A stretch of DNA of 64,000 bases, from NCBI GenBank assembly GCA_963842945.1, contig CAWJIM010000005.1, positions 1 through 64,000 of the forward strand, written 5' to 3'. The DNA comes from an uncultured Gemmatimonadales bacterium (GTDB taxonomy: Bacteria > Gemmatimonadota > Gemmatimonadetes > Gemmatimonadales > GWC2-71-9). A program made the position numbers and the translations under genes. How positions within the stretch are numbered: the first letter of the stretch is position 1; each line of letters opens with the position of its first letter. This document shows, piece after piece, positions 18,919-28,983 of this stretch. The notes below the pieces were generated by a model. That model had not been told where the DNA came from and made no database searches. It saw only the letters and a list, made by a program, of their open reading frames with translations.

Positions 18919-19907
18919 GGCAAGCTCCGCAGCCAGACGGCGCGCAGGCCCAACTCGAGCAGCAGCAGGAGGAGTGCGGGCACCAGAAGGAAAGGATAGA
19001 GCTCGCGAAAGTCCCGAATTTCGGCGACATGGACTTCGGACCGCTCCAAGCGGTCGATCTCACTCATGATGCCCTGGAGTGCCTGGGGATCGGTAGCGCG
19101 GTAGTAGCGGCCGCCGGTGCGTTCAGCCATGCGTTGCAGCGCGGCTTCGTCCCGACTGGTGAGCCGGGGGGTGGTACTGCCGACCCGCCACACACCGTTG
19201 AGGGCGACGCTGCTGGTGTCCTGGGTACTGAGCCCGATGGCTTGGATTCGTACCCCGAGCGAACGAGCGGCTTCGGCGGCCAGCAGCGGAGTGGGCTTGC
19301 CGGTGTTATTGGCCCCGTCAGTGATCAGCACGATGGTACTAGCCTTGACCGGCAGATCCTTGAGCTGGTTCAGTCCCAGTGCCAGCGCCGTCCCGATCGC
19401 GGTTCCGTCCGGCAGCATGCCTATGTCCACTCGCTTCATCGTGGCTTGAAGCAGCTGGAGATCCGGGGTGAGCGGGGCCTGCAGAAACGCCCTGCCGGCA
19501 AACAGCACCAGCCCAACCAGATCTCCGTGCCGGCGCAGGATGAACTCACTCACCACCCGGCGGGCCACGGTCAGGCGATTGCCGGGCTGGAAGTCTCCGG
19601 CTTTCATGCTGCTGGAGATATCGAGCGCCAGCACGATGTTGCGGGAGCGAAGCCGGATCTCCCGCAGGTCGCGAGGCGCCTGGGGTCTGGCCAGCGCTAC
19701 GATAGCGAGGGTGAGTACCAGAAGCCTGAGTGCCGGGAGCCACCGGCTCACCCGCGCCTTGGGACCTCCCGGTGCTCCACTGAGAAACTCGAGATCGGGC
19801 AGCACGAGATGCGCCTCTGGCGGGCGGTGGCGGCGAGCCCATCCGAGCAGAGCCAGCCCAGTCGGCAGCGCCAGGAGTCCGAGCAGCCAGGGGTCAGCGA
19901 ATCGCAT
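18915..19907 (-). CDS. VWA domain protein, BatA-like
   Basis: MRFADPW, ALARPQ, DISSSM, DGTAIG, TDGANN and TGGRYYRA motifs. Confidence 0.9.
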   Translation of the reverse strand: MRFADPWLLGLLALPTGLALLGWARRHRPPEAHLVLPDLEFLSGAPGGPKARVSRWLPALRLLVLTLAIVALARPQAPRDLREIRLRSRNIVLALDISSSMKAGDFQPGNRLTVARRVVSEFILRRHGDLVGLVLFAGRAFLQAPLTPDLQLLQATMKRVDIGMLPDGTAIGTALALGLNQLKDLPVKASTIVLITDGANNTGKPTPLLAAEAARSLGVRIQAIGLSTQDTSSVALNGVWRVGSTTPRLTSRDEAALQRMAERTGGRYYRATDPQALQGIMSEIDRLERSEVHVAEIRDFRELYPFLLVPALLLLLLELGLRAVWLRSLP

Positions 19908-20874
19908 CGCTGAGCTCAGTGGGGCGGCACTGGTGCCAGTCTTCCAACAAGGCGCGGCTGCGCCGCAGAAAATCGCGGGCCAGTGTGGGCTCCGGTCTGA
20001 GTCGCGCGAACTTGACCCGGTCGGCCTCGTCCAGGATCTGCTGCAGCCGCTGCCGGAGATCCGCCTCGGCCAGGTGAGGCGGCAAGCTCCAGAGCACCTC
20101 GGCCGAGGTCCGCTCCCTGGCGGGCACCTCCTCCGCTGCTTCGAGATAGTCGCGGAGGGTGTCCGTCACCGCGGCGTAGTGCCGGGCCGGAAATCCTTGC
20201 CCGGGCCAATTCTCCCGCGCGATCCGCTGCAGCTGCCGGACGGCAATGTCGTAGGGGCTCGGCGCCGTTTGCTCTGGCGGGGGAGGCAGGTCGACTTCCA
20301 CTTTGGCCGCGCCTGCCACCGCCTTTCGTCTTCTGCGATACAACGCAATCAGCCCACCGAGCACGATGAAGCCGGCTACGAACGGCCAAACTGTCGGCCC
20401 GGGGGTACGCTCCAGACCGGCGATGTCCTTGAGCGACGGATTTCCCGCAGGTAACAGCGGGACGATGTCAACAAATGCCGAGTCGCTCGCCAGAGTGGCC
20501 CGCTGAACTCCCTTGACCGCGCGCATGAAAGGAAGGCCAAACACCGGGACCGGTTGGTGTCCGGGCCGGTAGAATGCGAGGCGGGCCTGGCCATGGAAGA
20601 TCCGGTCCGGGGTGCGGTGAAGCTTTTCCACCGCCAGAATCCGCACGCCCTGGGGAACCGCTCCAATGGGGCGGGGCACGGTGTCGAACAGGAGATCCCG
20701 CTCGTCCAGGCGAACCCTGAAGCTCAGGATGACCGTGTCTCCCACCGTTGGGTGGATCGTGCCGCTGGTGACCTCGAATGATTGGTTGGATACCTGCGCC
20801 TGAGCGGGCCGGGTCAGGAGACTCGAAATCAGGCTCAGGGAGAGCGCGAAAAGCGCGAAGAGCGCCGATTTCAT
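19894..20874 (-). CDS. Membrane protein of MoxR/Bat operons (DUF4381-like)
   Basis: Signal peptide, one TM, then LRDYLE...ERTSAE...ADRVKFA; lies between DUF58 and BatA. Confidence 0.75.
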   Translation of the reverse strand: MKSALFALFALSLSLISSLLTRPAQAQVSNQSFEVTSGTIHPTVGDTVILSFRVRLDERDLLFDTVPRPIGAVPQGVRILAVEKLHRTPDRIFHGQARLAFYRPGHQPVPVFGLPFMRAVKGVQRATLASDSAFVDIVPLLPAGNPSLKDIAGLERTPGPTVWPFVAGFIVLGGLIALYRRRRKAVAGAAKVEVDLPPPPEQTAPSPYDIAVRQLQRIARENWPGQGFPARHYAAVTDTLRDYLEAAEEVPARERTSAEVLWSLPPHLAEADLRQRLQQILDEADRVKFARLRPEPTLARDFLRRSRALLEDWHQCRPTELSDAIR

Positions 20875-20875
20875 A

Positions 20876-21757
20876 TCAGTGTCGCTGGGCGCGCTCCCGG
20901 TTTCTGAAGAAGGCGATGAGCGGCTCGGCGTACGGTCGGCCGGTTTCGAGTCGAACCAGATCACCGCCGGATTCCCGAATGTCCCGCTGGAGCGAGCGAT
21001 CGAATGCATCCGCCCTTTGCCCGAACTGCTCGCGGATCTCGCTGCGCCCGGTATCCACCAACCGGTAGGTTTGCGACTCGGGGTCGAACAAGGTGATGAG
21101 CCCCAAGTCGGGCAGCTGCCGTTCGCGCTGGTCGTACAGTTGAAGCGCGACCACGTCATGCCGCCGGGCGAGCCGCTCGAGCGGCGGTCTCAGGCCGGTG
21201 GTAAGAAAATCCGAAACCAGGAACACGACCGACCGCCGCCGCAGAATCGAATCGGCAAAGCGTAACCCGGCAGCCAGGTCGGTTCCGGGATGCTGGGGCT
21301 CGAAGGCGAGCAGGTCGTTGATGATCCGAAGCACGTGGCGGCGGCCTCGGCGAGGGGGAACGAACCGCTCCACCTGGTCGGTGACCCACACCGCGCCAAC
21401 CCGGTCATTATTGCGGGCGGCAGCCAGAGCCAGTACGGCCGAGACTTCCACTCCCAGCCTGTGCTTGGTCCGCAGACGGGTCCCGAACATGGCCGAGGCG
21501 CTGGCATCGATCACGAAGAGAACGGTGAGCTCGCGCTCTTCGAGATAGCGTTTGACGTAAGCGGACCCCAGCCGGGCGGTGACGTTCCAATCGATCGAGC
21601 GCACGTCGTCGCCCGGCTGATATTCGCGCACTTCGGAGAATTCGACGCCCCGACCCCGAAAGGCACTGGAATACTCCCCCGCCACGATGTCCCGAACCAG
21701 GTGACGGGTGGTGATCTCGATGCGGCGCACCTCCGCCATCACTTCGTCGGGAGTCAC
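20876..21757 (-). CDS. DUF58 domain protein
   Basis: GRGVEFSEVREYQPGDDVRSIDWNVTAR. Confidence 0.93.
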   Translation of the reverse strand: MTPDEVMAEVRRIEITTRHLVRDIVAGEYSSAFRGRGVEFSEVREYQPGDDVRSIDWNVTARLGSAYVKRYLEERELTVLFVIDASASAMFGTRLRTKHRLGVEVSAVLALAAARNNDRVGAVWVTDQVERFVPPRRGRRHVLRIINDLLAFEPQHPGTDLAAGLRFADSILRRRSVVFLVSDFLTTGLRPPLERLARRHDVVALQLYDQRERQLPDLGLITLFDPESQTYRLVDTGRSEIREQFGQRADAFDRSLQRDIRESGGDLVRLETGRPYAEPLIAFFRNRERAQRH

Positions 21758-22779
21758 GGGACTGTCACGTTCTCGAAGATGCGCCGGAGCACCTCGTCCG
21801 GACTGATTGCCTCGGCGTCGGCGCGATAGGTGAGCAGGAGCCGGTGGCGCAGGACGTCCAGCCCCAGGGCCTTGATGTCCTCCGGAATCACATACCCCCG
21901 GCCCTGGAGAAAGGCGTGCGCCTTGGCGGCCCGGATCAGAAAAATGGCGGCACGAGGTGAGGCGCCGTACTCGATCATCGGGGCCAGATCCTGAAGCCCC
22001 GCCAGGTGCGGCTGACGTGTGGCACCCACGAGGTCCAGCACGTAATCCTTGATCCGGCCATCCACGTAGACCAGGTCGGCGGCGCGGCGGGCGCGGATCA
22101 CGCGCTCCGGGTCGAGCACCGGATTTGCGGCCGGCTCGGCGCCCGTGGTCATCCGATCGAGTACCTCTCGCTCGTCGGCGCGCACCGGGTAGCTCACCAG
22201 GAGCTTGAACATGAATCGGTCGACCTGGGCTTCAGGAAGCGGGTAGGTGCCTTCGTGCTCGATTGGATTCTGGGTGGCGAGGACCAGAAACAACTCGGGA
22301 AGGGGAAAGGTCTGGCCGCCAATCGTGACCTGCTTTTCCTGCATCGCTTCCAGTAGTGCACTCTGGACCTTGGCGGGTGAGCGATTGATCTCGTCGGCCA
22401 GCAGGATGTTGGCGAAGATCGGCCCCTGCTGAACGGTGAAGTCGCCGGACCGCTGGTTGTAGATCATGGTGCCGATCAGATCGGACGGCAGCAGATCGGG
22501 GGTGAACTGAATGCGGTGGAACACTCCCGTAATTGTCGTGGCCAGGGTCCGCACCGCCAGCGTTTTGGCGAGACCCGGAACCCCTTCGAGCAACACGTGC
22601 CCATCGGCCAGAAGGGCGGTGAGCAGGCGTTCCACGGTGGGATGCTGCCCCACGATCACCTTTCCAATCTCCTGGCGCACTTCCTGAAACAGTTGGGTGT
22701 CTTCCGGCGAGGGTGGGGCGGCCACTGCGCCGGAGGCGGACCGCAGCTCGGCGATGGAACGATCTGATGTGGCGCTCAT
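21754..22779 (-). CDS. moxR: MoxR family AAA+ ATPase
   Basis: LEGVPGLAKT, RIQFTPDLLPSD, DEINR, ATQNPIE.EGTYPLPEAQ.DRF and GASPR motifs. Confidence 0.95.
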   Translation of the reverse strand: MSATSDRSIAELRSASGAVAAPPSPEDTQLFQEVRQEIGKVIVGQHPTVERLLTALLADGHVLLEGVPGLAKTLAVRTLATTITGVFHRIQFTPDLLPSDLIGTMIYNQRSGDFTVQQGPIFANILLADEINRSPAKVQSALLEAMQEKQVTIGGQTFPLPELFLVLATQNPIEHEGTYPLPEAQVDRFMFKLLVSYPVRADEREVLDRMTTGAEPAANPVLDPERVIRARRAADLVYVDGRIKDYVLDLVGATRQPHLAGLQDLAPMIEYGASPRAAIFLIRAAKAHAFLQGRGYVIPEDIKALGLDVLRHRLLLTYRADAEAISPDEVLRRIFENVTVP

Positions 22780-24086
22780 GATGCGACCGTTACCGGCAGC
22801 GGGGATTCGTGATTGGGGGCTGCATTTCCGGCGGCGGTGGTGACCTGCTCCTGTGCCAGGATCAGCCGGCGCGCTTCTTCCCGGATGGTCGGCAGTCGGT
22901 TGAGGAACACCGCGCCGCCCAGCAGACAGAAGGCCCCGCCCAGTCCCACGGTCGTAGTCGCTCCCAGCCAGCCGGCCAGCGTGCCGGCGAGCAATGCACC
23001 GATCGGCGCCATGCCCATGAACATCATCGAGTACACAGCCATGACCCGTCCCCGCAGGGAGTTGGGAGTCATGGACTGGACCAGAGTATTTGAGGCCGCC
23101 ATTTGAGTCATCATGGAGAAGCCCGCGGGCAGCAGGAACAGTACTCCCAGCCAGAATTGCCGCATGAACGAGAACGCGAGTATGCTCAAGCCAAAGGCGA
23201 TAGCGGCCCAACCGATACTCCGGCCGTAGCCCTTGAGCCCCACCCGGCGCGCGAGGCTCAGTGCGCCGAACAGGGCACCCACACCCGCGGCACCCATCAG
23301 AATGCCCAGCCCTCGAGATCCGGCATGGAACGTCTGGTCGGCAATGATGGGCATCAACACCGAATAGGGTGTTCCCATGAGACTGACCAGTCCCAGCAGC
23401 ACAAGCAGCGCCGAGATGGGCCTGGATCGGAGCACAAAGCGAAAGCCCTCGGTGAGATGGGCCAGCATCGAGGCCGGCTGCTCAAACTTCGCAACCGCCG
23501 GGACCCGCATGAGCAGCAGTCCGGCGAGAACCGCGATGTAGCTGACCGCGTTGGCAAAGAAACACCAGCCTTCTCCAACCGCCGCCACCAAAACCCCGGC
23601 GACCGCCGGGCCCACCACCCGGGCGCCGTTGAACATCGAGGAGTTGAGGGCGATGGCGTTCTGCAGATCTTCCCGCGCCACCAGCTCGACCACGAACGCC
23701 TGCCGGACCGGGATGTCGAAGGCGTTCACAATACCCAGCAGCGTGGCGATGGCCATGAGGTGCCAGACCTGCACCACATGGGTCAGCGTCAGCACCGCAA
23801 GGAGGGATGCCAGCAACATGGAAGCGGTCTGGGTGGCAATCACGATATGATGACGGTTGTACCGGTCTGCGATGGCACCGCCCAGGCTGGAAAAGAGAAA
23901 GACGGGTATCCGGTTGGCAAAGCCTACCGCGCCGAGCAGGAAGGCGGATCCGGTCAGCCGATAAACCAGCCAGCTTTCCGCCACGGTCTGCATCCAGGTT
24001 CCGATGAGCGAGATCAGCTGCCCGCTGGCGAACAGCCGATAGTCCCGATGTCGCAACGCCCGGAGCAGGGCAGGGCGAGAGCTCAT
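22776..24086 (-). CDS. MFS transporter (DUF894/H+ antiporter-like)
   Basis: 12-TM pattern; GQLISLIGTWMQ, AFDIPVRQA and LRGRVM motifs. Confidence 0.92.
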   Translation of the reverse strand: MSSRPALLRALRHRDYRLFASGQLISLIGTWMQTVAESWLVYRLTGSAFLLGAVGFANRIPVFLFSSLGGAIADRYNRHHIVIATQTASMLLASLLAVLTLTHVVQVWHLMAIATLLGIVNAFDIPVRQAFVVELVAREDLQNAIALNSSMFNGARVVGPAVAGVLVAAVGEGWCFFANAVSYIAVLAGLLLMRVPAVAKFEQPASMLAHLTEGFRFVLRSRPISALLVLLGLVSLMGTPYSVLMPIIADQTFHAGSRGLGILMGAAGVGALFGALSLARRVGLKGYGRSIGWAAIAFGLSILAFSFMRQFWLGVLFLLPAGFSMMTQMAASNTLVQSMTPNSLRGRVMAVYSMMFMGMAPIGALLAGTLAGWLGATTTVGLGGAFCLLGGAVFLNRLPTIREEARRLILAQEQVTTAAGNAAPNHESPLPVTVAS

Positions 24087-27000
24087 CTGGTTGCCCCGGC
24101 CACCCTGGCCTCTCCTGCGGCCGCTTCAGGATAGCCCTTGGCTGCCCGGACGCGGCGGTGGGCCAGCCGCTGCTGCCAGGCATCCATGTAGGTGTAGACC
24201 ACCGGCGTGATGTAGAGCGTGATCAGCTGGGAGAAGAGCAGGCCACCCACCACGGCAATGCCCAGCGGCCGCCGCGACTCGGCGCCGGCCCCGTGTCCCA
24301 GCGCAATCGGCAGGGTGCCAACCAGTGCGGCCATCGTCGTCATCATGATGGGGCGGAACCGCACGCTGGCCGCTTCGAGAATCGCACTCCGGGCGGTAGT
24401 GCCCTCGCGCCGCTCGGCCTCGATCGCGAAGTCGATCATCATGATGGCATTCTTCTTCACGATTCCGATCAGCATGATGATGCCCACGAAGGCGTAGATG
24501 CTGAGGTCCTGACCGAAGATCAGGAGCGCGAGGAGCGCGCCGAAGCCGGCAAACGGCAGCCCCGAGAGGATGGTCAATGGATGAATGAAGCTCTCGTACA
24601 GGATGCCGAGCACCAGGTAGATCACCAGAATGGCCAACACTAGGAGGAGCAGCAGCCCCTGCTGGGCTGCCTGGAACGCCTGGGCCGTTCCGGCAAAGCT
24701 GGTGCTGATACTCGCGGGGAGCACCTGCCGGGCTGTTTGCTCCACCCGCGCGACTGCGGTCCCGATGGAAACGCCGGGCTCCAGGTTGAAGGAGAGCGTT
24801 ACCGAGGGCAGCTGACCCGAGTGATTGACCGAAAGAGGACCAGTCCCGGGCTTCACCCGCGCCAGGCTGCCCAGCGGGACCGAGACGCCGTTCCGGCCGC
24901 TGATGTGGAGCAGGTTCAGGGCGGAGAGATCCCGCTGATACTGCGGCAGCAGCTCCATTACCACCCAGTACTGATCGTTAGGCGTATAGATCGTGCTGAC
25001 CTGTCGGGCGCCATAGGCATCGTAGAGGGCGCTTTCGATCTGGTTCACGTCAATGCCCAGGGCTGCGGCTCGGTCGCGATCGATGCTCACCTGTACCTGC
25101 GGGTTCTTGATCTGCAGGTCGCTGGTGACGTCGGTAAGGCCGGGAACATCATGTAACCGCTGCTCCAGCGTAGCCGCGCCCTCGTACAGCGCCTCAATAT
25201 CGGAGCTCTGAAGGGTGAACTGGTACAGGCTCTTCGAGCTGCGTCCGCCGATGTTGATCACCGGAGGGTTCTGCACAAAGGCGCGGAGGCCCGGTACCGC
25301 CGCCAGCTTCCGGGTCAGTGACCGAGCCACCTCATCGGCCGAGAGTTCCCGCTGATCCCGGGGCTTGAGATGGAGGATGAGCCGTCCCTGGTTCACGGCA
25401 CTCGAGCCGCCGCCACCTCCCACCGACGACATGAAGCCGTCGACGTTGGGGTCCTCCTGCACGATCTCGGCGGCCGCCAGCTGGTGCTTCACCATGGCGT
25501 CGAAGCTGGTGCCCTCGGCGGCTTCAGTGGTGGCGTAGAGCTGGCTCTGGTCCTCGCTGGGAATGAAGCCCTTGGGGACGATTCGGCCGAGCAGAAGGGT
25601 GCCCACCAGAATGGCCCCACTGAAGGCCATCGTTAGCGGCCGATGATTCATGACCCAGTTGAGGCTACGCTGATACCAGGCGTGGGACTTCTCCCATGCG
25701 GTCTCGACGACCCGGTACCAGCGGCCATGCTGCTCGTTGGGCTCATGCGGTTTGAGCCAGCGGCTGCAGAGCATCGGTGTAAGCGTCAGCGAAATGACGC
25801 CCGATACCAGGATCGCCACACCGATGGTCACGGCGAATTCCTGGAAGAGCCGCCCGATGAGCCCGCCGAGGAAGAGCACGGGAATGAACACGGCCACGAG
25901 GGACAGGGTCATCGAGAGCACGGTAAAGCTGATCTCCCGGCTGCCCCGGATGGCTGCCTGCGTGACCGGCTCTCCGGCCTCGATGTGCCGCACGATGTTC
26001 TCCAGCACCACGATGGCGTCATCGACCACAAATCCCACCGCCAGGGTGAGCGCCATGAGCGAGAGATTGTCCAGGCTGTAGCCCAGCAGGTACATCACGG
26101 CAAACGTCCCCACCAGCGACATGGGGAGCGCCAGACTGGGGATCATGGTCGCCCGCAGATTGCGGAGGAAAAGGAAGATCACCATCACCACGAGACAGAG
26201 CGCGAGGAAGAGGGTGAACTTCACGTCGCTGACGGACGCCTTCACCGTAAGCGAACGGTCATTCAGGGTGGCGATGTCGATTGCGGGAGGAATCTGGGGC
26301 CGGAGCCGCTCGACCTCGGCTTTGACCCGATCCGCCACAGCCACGGTATTGGTCCCGGGCTGCCGCTGCACCGCCAACACCACGGCGCGTTGCCCGTTGA
26401 ACCAGCTGGCGCGCTTGGTGTCCTGGATGCTGTCGATGACTCGGCCGAGGTCGCGAAGGCGTACCGGGGCGCCGTCGCGATAGGTCACCACCAGGGCGCC
26501 GAAATCCGCGGCGTTATTGAGCTGACCCTGGCTCTCGACCGAGTAGGCCTTGTCGGTTCCCCAGAGAATGCCGGTCGGCAGGTTGACGTTGCCGTTCTCG
26601 ATGGCAGTCGAGACCTCGTCGATACCGATGTTGCGGGCGGTCAGCTCCTGGGGATCGATCTGAATGCGGACCGCGAACTTCATCGACCCGAATACCTGCA
26701 CCTGAGCCACGCCGTCTATAGTGGACAGGCGCTGGGCCAGGAACGTTTCCGCGTACTCATTGAGCTGGGGCAGCGGCAGCGTCGTGGTGCGCAGCGCGTA
26801 GTACAGGATGGGCGAGGATGACGGATCCACCTTGCGGAAGCTGGGAGGCAGCACGTCCCGGGGCAGTTGACGCTGCGCCTGCGAGATGGCCGCCTGCACG
26901 TCCTGAGCGGCGGCATCGATGTCGCGGCTGAGCGCAAATTGCAGCGAGATCTGAGTACTGCCCTGGGTGCTGGTGGAGGTCATCGTCTCCACGCCGGGAA

Positions 27001-27220
27001 TGGTGGAGAATTGTTTTTCCAGCGGGGTCGCCACCGACGACGCCATCGTCTCCGGGCTGGCGCCCGAAAGGCTGGCCGATACCGAGATGGAGGGATAATC
27101 CACGGCGGGCAGGTCGCTCACCGGCAACTGCCGGTATGCCACCAGGCCAAAGATCAGGATCCCGGCCATGACCAGAGTGGTCATGACTGGACGGCGGATG
27201 AACAGCTCGGTGAAGTTCAT
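24083..27220 (-). CDS. RND efflux permease (AcrB/MdtBC-like)
   Basis: 1045 aa; FIRRPV, GFVVDDAIVV, GIVKKNAIMMIDFA and RFRPIMMT motifs. Confidence 0.95.
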   Translation of the reverse strand: MNFTELFIRRPVMTTLVMAGILIFGLVAYRQLPVSDLPAVDYPSISVSASLSGASPETMASSVATPLEKQFSTIPGVETMTSTSTQGSTQISLQFALSRDIDAAAQDVQAAISQAQRQLPRDVLPPSFRKVDPSSSPILYYALRTTTLPLPQLNEYAETFLAQRLSTIDGVAQVQVFGSMKFAVRIQIDPQELTARNIGIDEVSTAIENGNVNLPTGILWGTDKAYSVESQGQLNNAADFGALVVTYRDGAPVRLRDLGRVIDSIQDTKRASWFNGQRAVVLAVQRQPGTNTVAVADRVKAEVERLRPQIPPAIDIATLNDRSLTVKASVSDVKFTLFLALCLVVMVIFLFLRNLRATMIPSLALPMSLVGTFAVMYLLGYSLDNLSLMALTLAVGFVVDDAIVVLENIVRHIEAGEPVTQAAIRGSREISFTVLSMTLSLVAVFIPVLFLGGLIGRLFQEFAVTIGVAILVSGVISLTLTPMLCSRWLKPHEPNEQHGRWYRVVETAWEKSHAWYQRSLNWVMNHRPLTMAFSGAILVGTLLLGRIVPKGFIPSEDQSQLYATTEAAEGTSFDAMVKHQLAAAEIVQEDPNVDGFMSSVGGGGGSSAVNQGRLILHLKPRDQRELSADEVARSLTRKLAAVPGLRAFVQNPPVINIGGRSSKSLYQFTLQSSDIEALYEGAATLEQRLHDVPGLTDVTSDLQIKNPQVQVSIDRDRAAALGIDVNQIESALYDAYGARQVSTIYTPNDQYWVVMELLPQYQRDLSALNLLHISGRNGVSVPLGSLARVKPGTGPLSVNHSGQLPSVTLSFNLEPGVSIGTAVARVEQTARQVLPASISTSFAGTAQAFQAAQQGLLLLLVLAILVIYLVLGILYESFIHPLTILSGLPFAGFGALLALLIFGQDLSIYAFVGIIMLIGIVKKNAIMMIDFAIEAERREGTTARSAILEAASVRFRPIMMTTMAALVGTLPIALGHGAGAESRRPLGIAVVGGLLFSQLITLYITPVVYTYMDAWQQRLAHRRVRAAKGYPEAAAGEARVAGATR

Positions 27221-28333
27221 AGTGCCCCCAACCGCGACGTATCGGCCGCGGCCTTGATCTGAACCTTGGAGCCCTGCCGCAGACGGAGTTGTCCGTCGGT
27301 AACCACGCGGTCACCCGGCTGGACGTCTCCATTTACGATGGCGTAGTCGCCGGCTGTCCGGGTGACCGTAACCGCCCGGGTGGCGGCAGAATTGTCCTTC
27401 TGAATCACGAACACGAAGTTGCCCTGCTGCCCGGCGACCACGGCCGAAGCCGGCACCACCAGCGCGTTAGGCTCGACGTACAACTGCAGCCGGATATTCA
27501 CGAACGCTCCCGGCCATAGCGCACCGTCGTCGTTGGGGAAGCGGCCCTTCAGCAGGATGGTCCCGGTGGCGGTATCCACCGCATTGTCGATGAACGTCAG
27601 CGAGCCTTCGCTCGGCTCACCCCCACCGCCCGGCTCGGCGCGGATCACCATGTCCTTCCCGCGATGCTCCTGAAGTAAAGGCAGGTTCGGGGCGGGGACC
27701 GCGAAGCGGACCAGGATGGGCCGGATCTGGTTGATCGTGACCAACGGCTGCGCCGAATTGGCCCGCACCAGGTTGCCTTCCCGCAGCAACAAGCTGCCGG
27801 TCCGGCCGGTAATCGGCGCCCGGATCGTGGCGTACTGCAGGTTGAGCCGCGCCGACCTCTACTGCGGCCCGGCTGCCGGCCAGGGTAGCTCGGCTAGCAG
27901 CGGCAGTGGTCCGGATCTGCTCGTACTGCTGGGTGGTCACGTACTGCTTCTCGGCCAGCGCCTGGTACCGGCTCGCATCCTCCGCTGCGTTCGCTGCCTG
28001 GGCGCTGTCTCGAACCAAAGCGGCTAAGGCCTGATCCAGCGAGGCGCGATAGGGCCGAGAATCCAGCTCGAAGAGCACCTGGCCGCGCTTTACCTCGTCG
28101 CCCTCGGTAAAGGCGATCCTCCGCAGGGTGCCTTCGACCTGCGATTGGACGGCTACGGTCTGAAGCGGCTCGACCTGGCCGGTGGCAGCCAGCTCGAACG
28201 GAACCGAGCGACGCTCCGCGGTGGCCACCGTGACCGGCACCGGAGGCGGCGGGGGCGGATCGCGATCGGTGCAGGCTGCGAGCAGCAGCACTCCGAGTGC
28301 CCACGCCCGAAGGAGGGAAGGGGACATGGACAT
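27217..28333 (-). CDS. RND periplasmic adaptor (MdtA-like), frameshifted near 27855
   Basis: Lipobox LAAC; EGDEVKRGQVLF, then in the other frame LLLREGNLV, FIDNAVD..TGT and VVTDGQ. Confidence 0.88.
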
Positions 28334-28815
28334 CAGCCGCTCACTCCCACCCGATCCATCCGTGAGCCTCGGGCGGACTGCCAATCCGCCAGCGCTTCCT
28401 GGATCACCTGGGACATGTAGGTATAGGCCTGCTCGAATTCGGTTAGCCGATCCAGGACCTCGCGGCTTCGAATGGGGACGGTGGCCCGGGCATCGCCGAT
28501 CGCGTCCTGAAACCGCTGCCAGCGGGCCAGCCGCTGGGCCATGGTATGGGTGAAGAGATCCCGAGGAATTCGATAGTAATCGCGCCGGTCGGCGGGCCGG
28601 CTGACCTGCTCCAAGACCCCGCGATGCTCCAGCAGCCGGGCATTGGTGCTCACGCTGGCTTTGCTGACCCGCAGTTCGGCGGCCAGTTCGTCCAGGGAGC
28701 GGGGGTTCTCGCTGACCAGCAGGAGACCGAAGATCCGGCCCGCTATCCGGGGGAGGCCATCGGACTCGAGGGCCAGTCCCATTCGCTCAACGAAGTGTGC
28801 GGTACGTGTATCCAT
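28333..28815 (-). CDS. GbsR/MarR family transcriptional regulator
   Basis: FVERMG...GLPRIAGRIFGLL...SLDELA..L.VSKASVSTN...DRRDYY. Confidence 0.9.
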   Translation of the reverse strand: MDTRTAHFVERMGLALESDGLPRIAGRIFGLLLVSENPRSLDELAAELRVSKASVSTNARLLEHRGVLEQVSRPADRRDYYRIPRDLFTHTMAQRLARWQRFQDAIGDARATVPIRSREVLDRLTEFEQAYTYMSQVIQEALADWQSARGSRMDRVGVSG

Positions 28816-28840
28816 ATGTGCCTCGCCCAATCGGGCACCA

Positions 28841-28865
28841 AAGTTAGTTCGTTCAATACTAACTT
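28841..28865. promoter_or_regulatory. Perfect 8-9-8 inverted repeat, likely GbsR-family operator
   Basis: AAGTTAGT-N9-ACTAACTT, 25 bp upstream of the regulator start. Confidence 0.65.
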
Positions 28866-28983
28866 AACTCTGACAATCGCCGTGTGTCTGCGCGGCACGT
28901 TGCCCGGGGTTGAAGCTGAACATACGAGGAGCGTGCAACCACCGTTGGGTGGCTGCACGCTCCGGAAGGTTGAGAGAGGAGGC

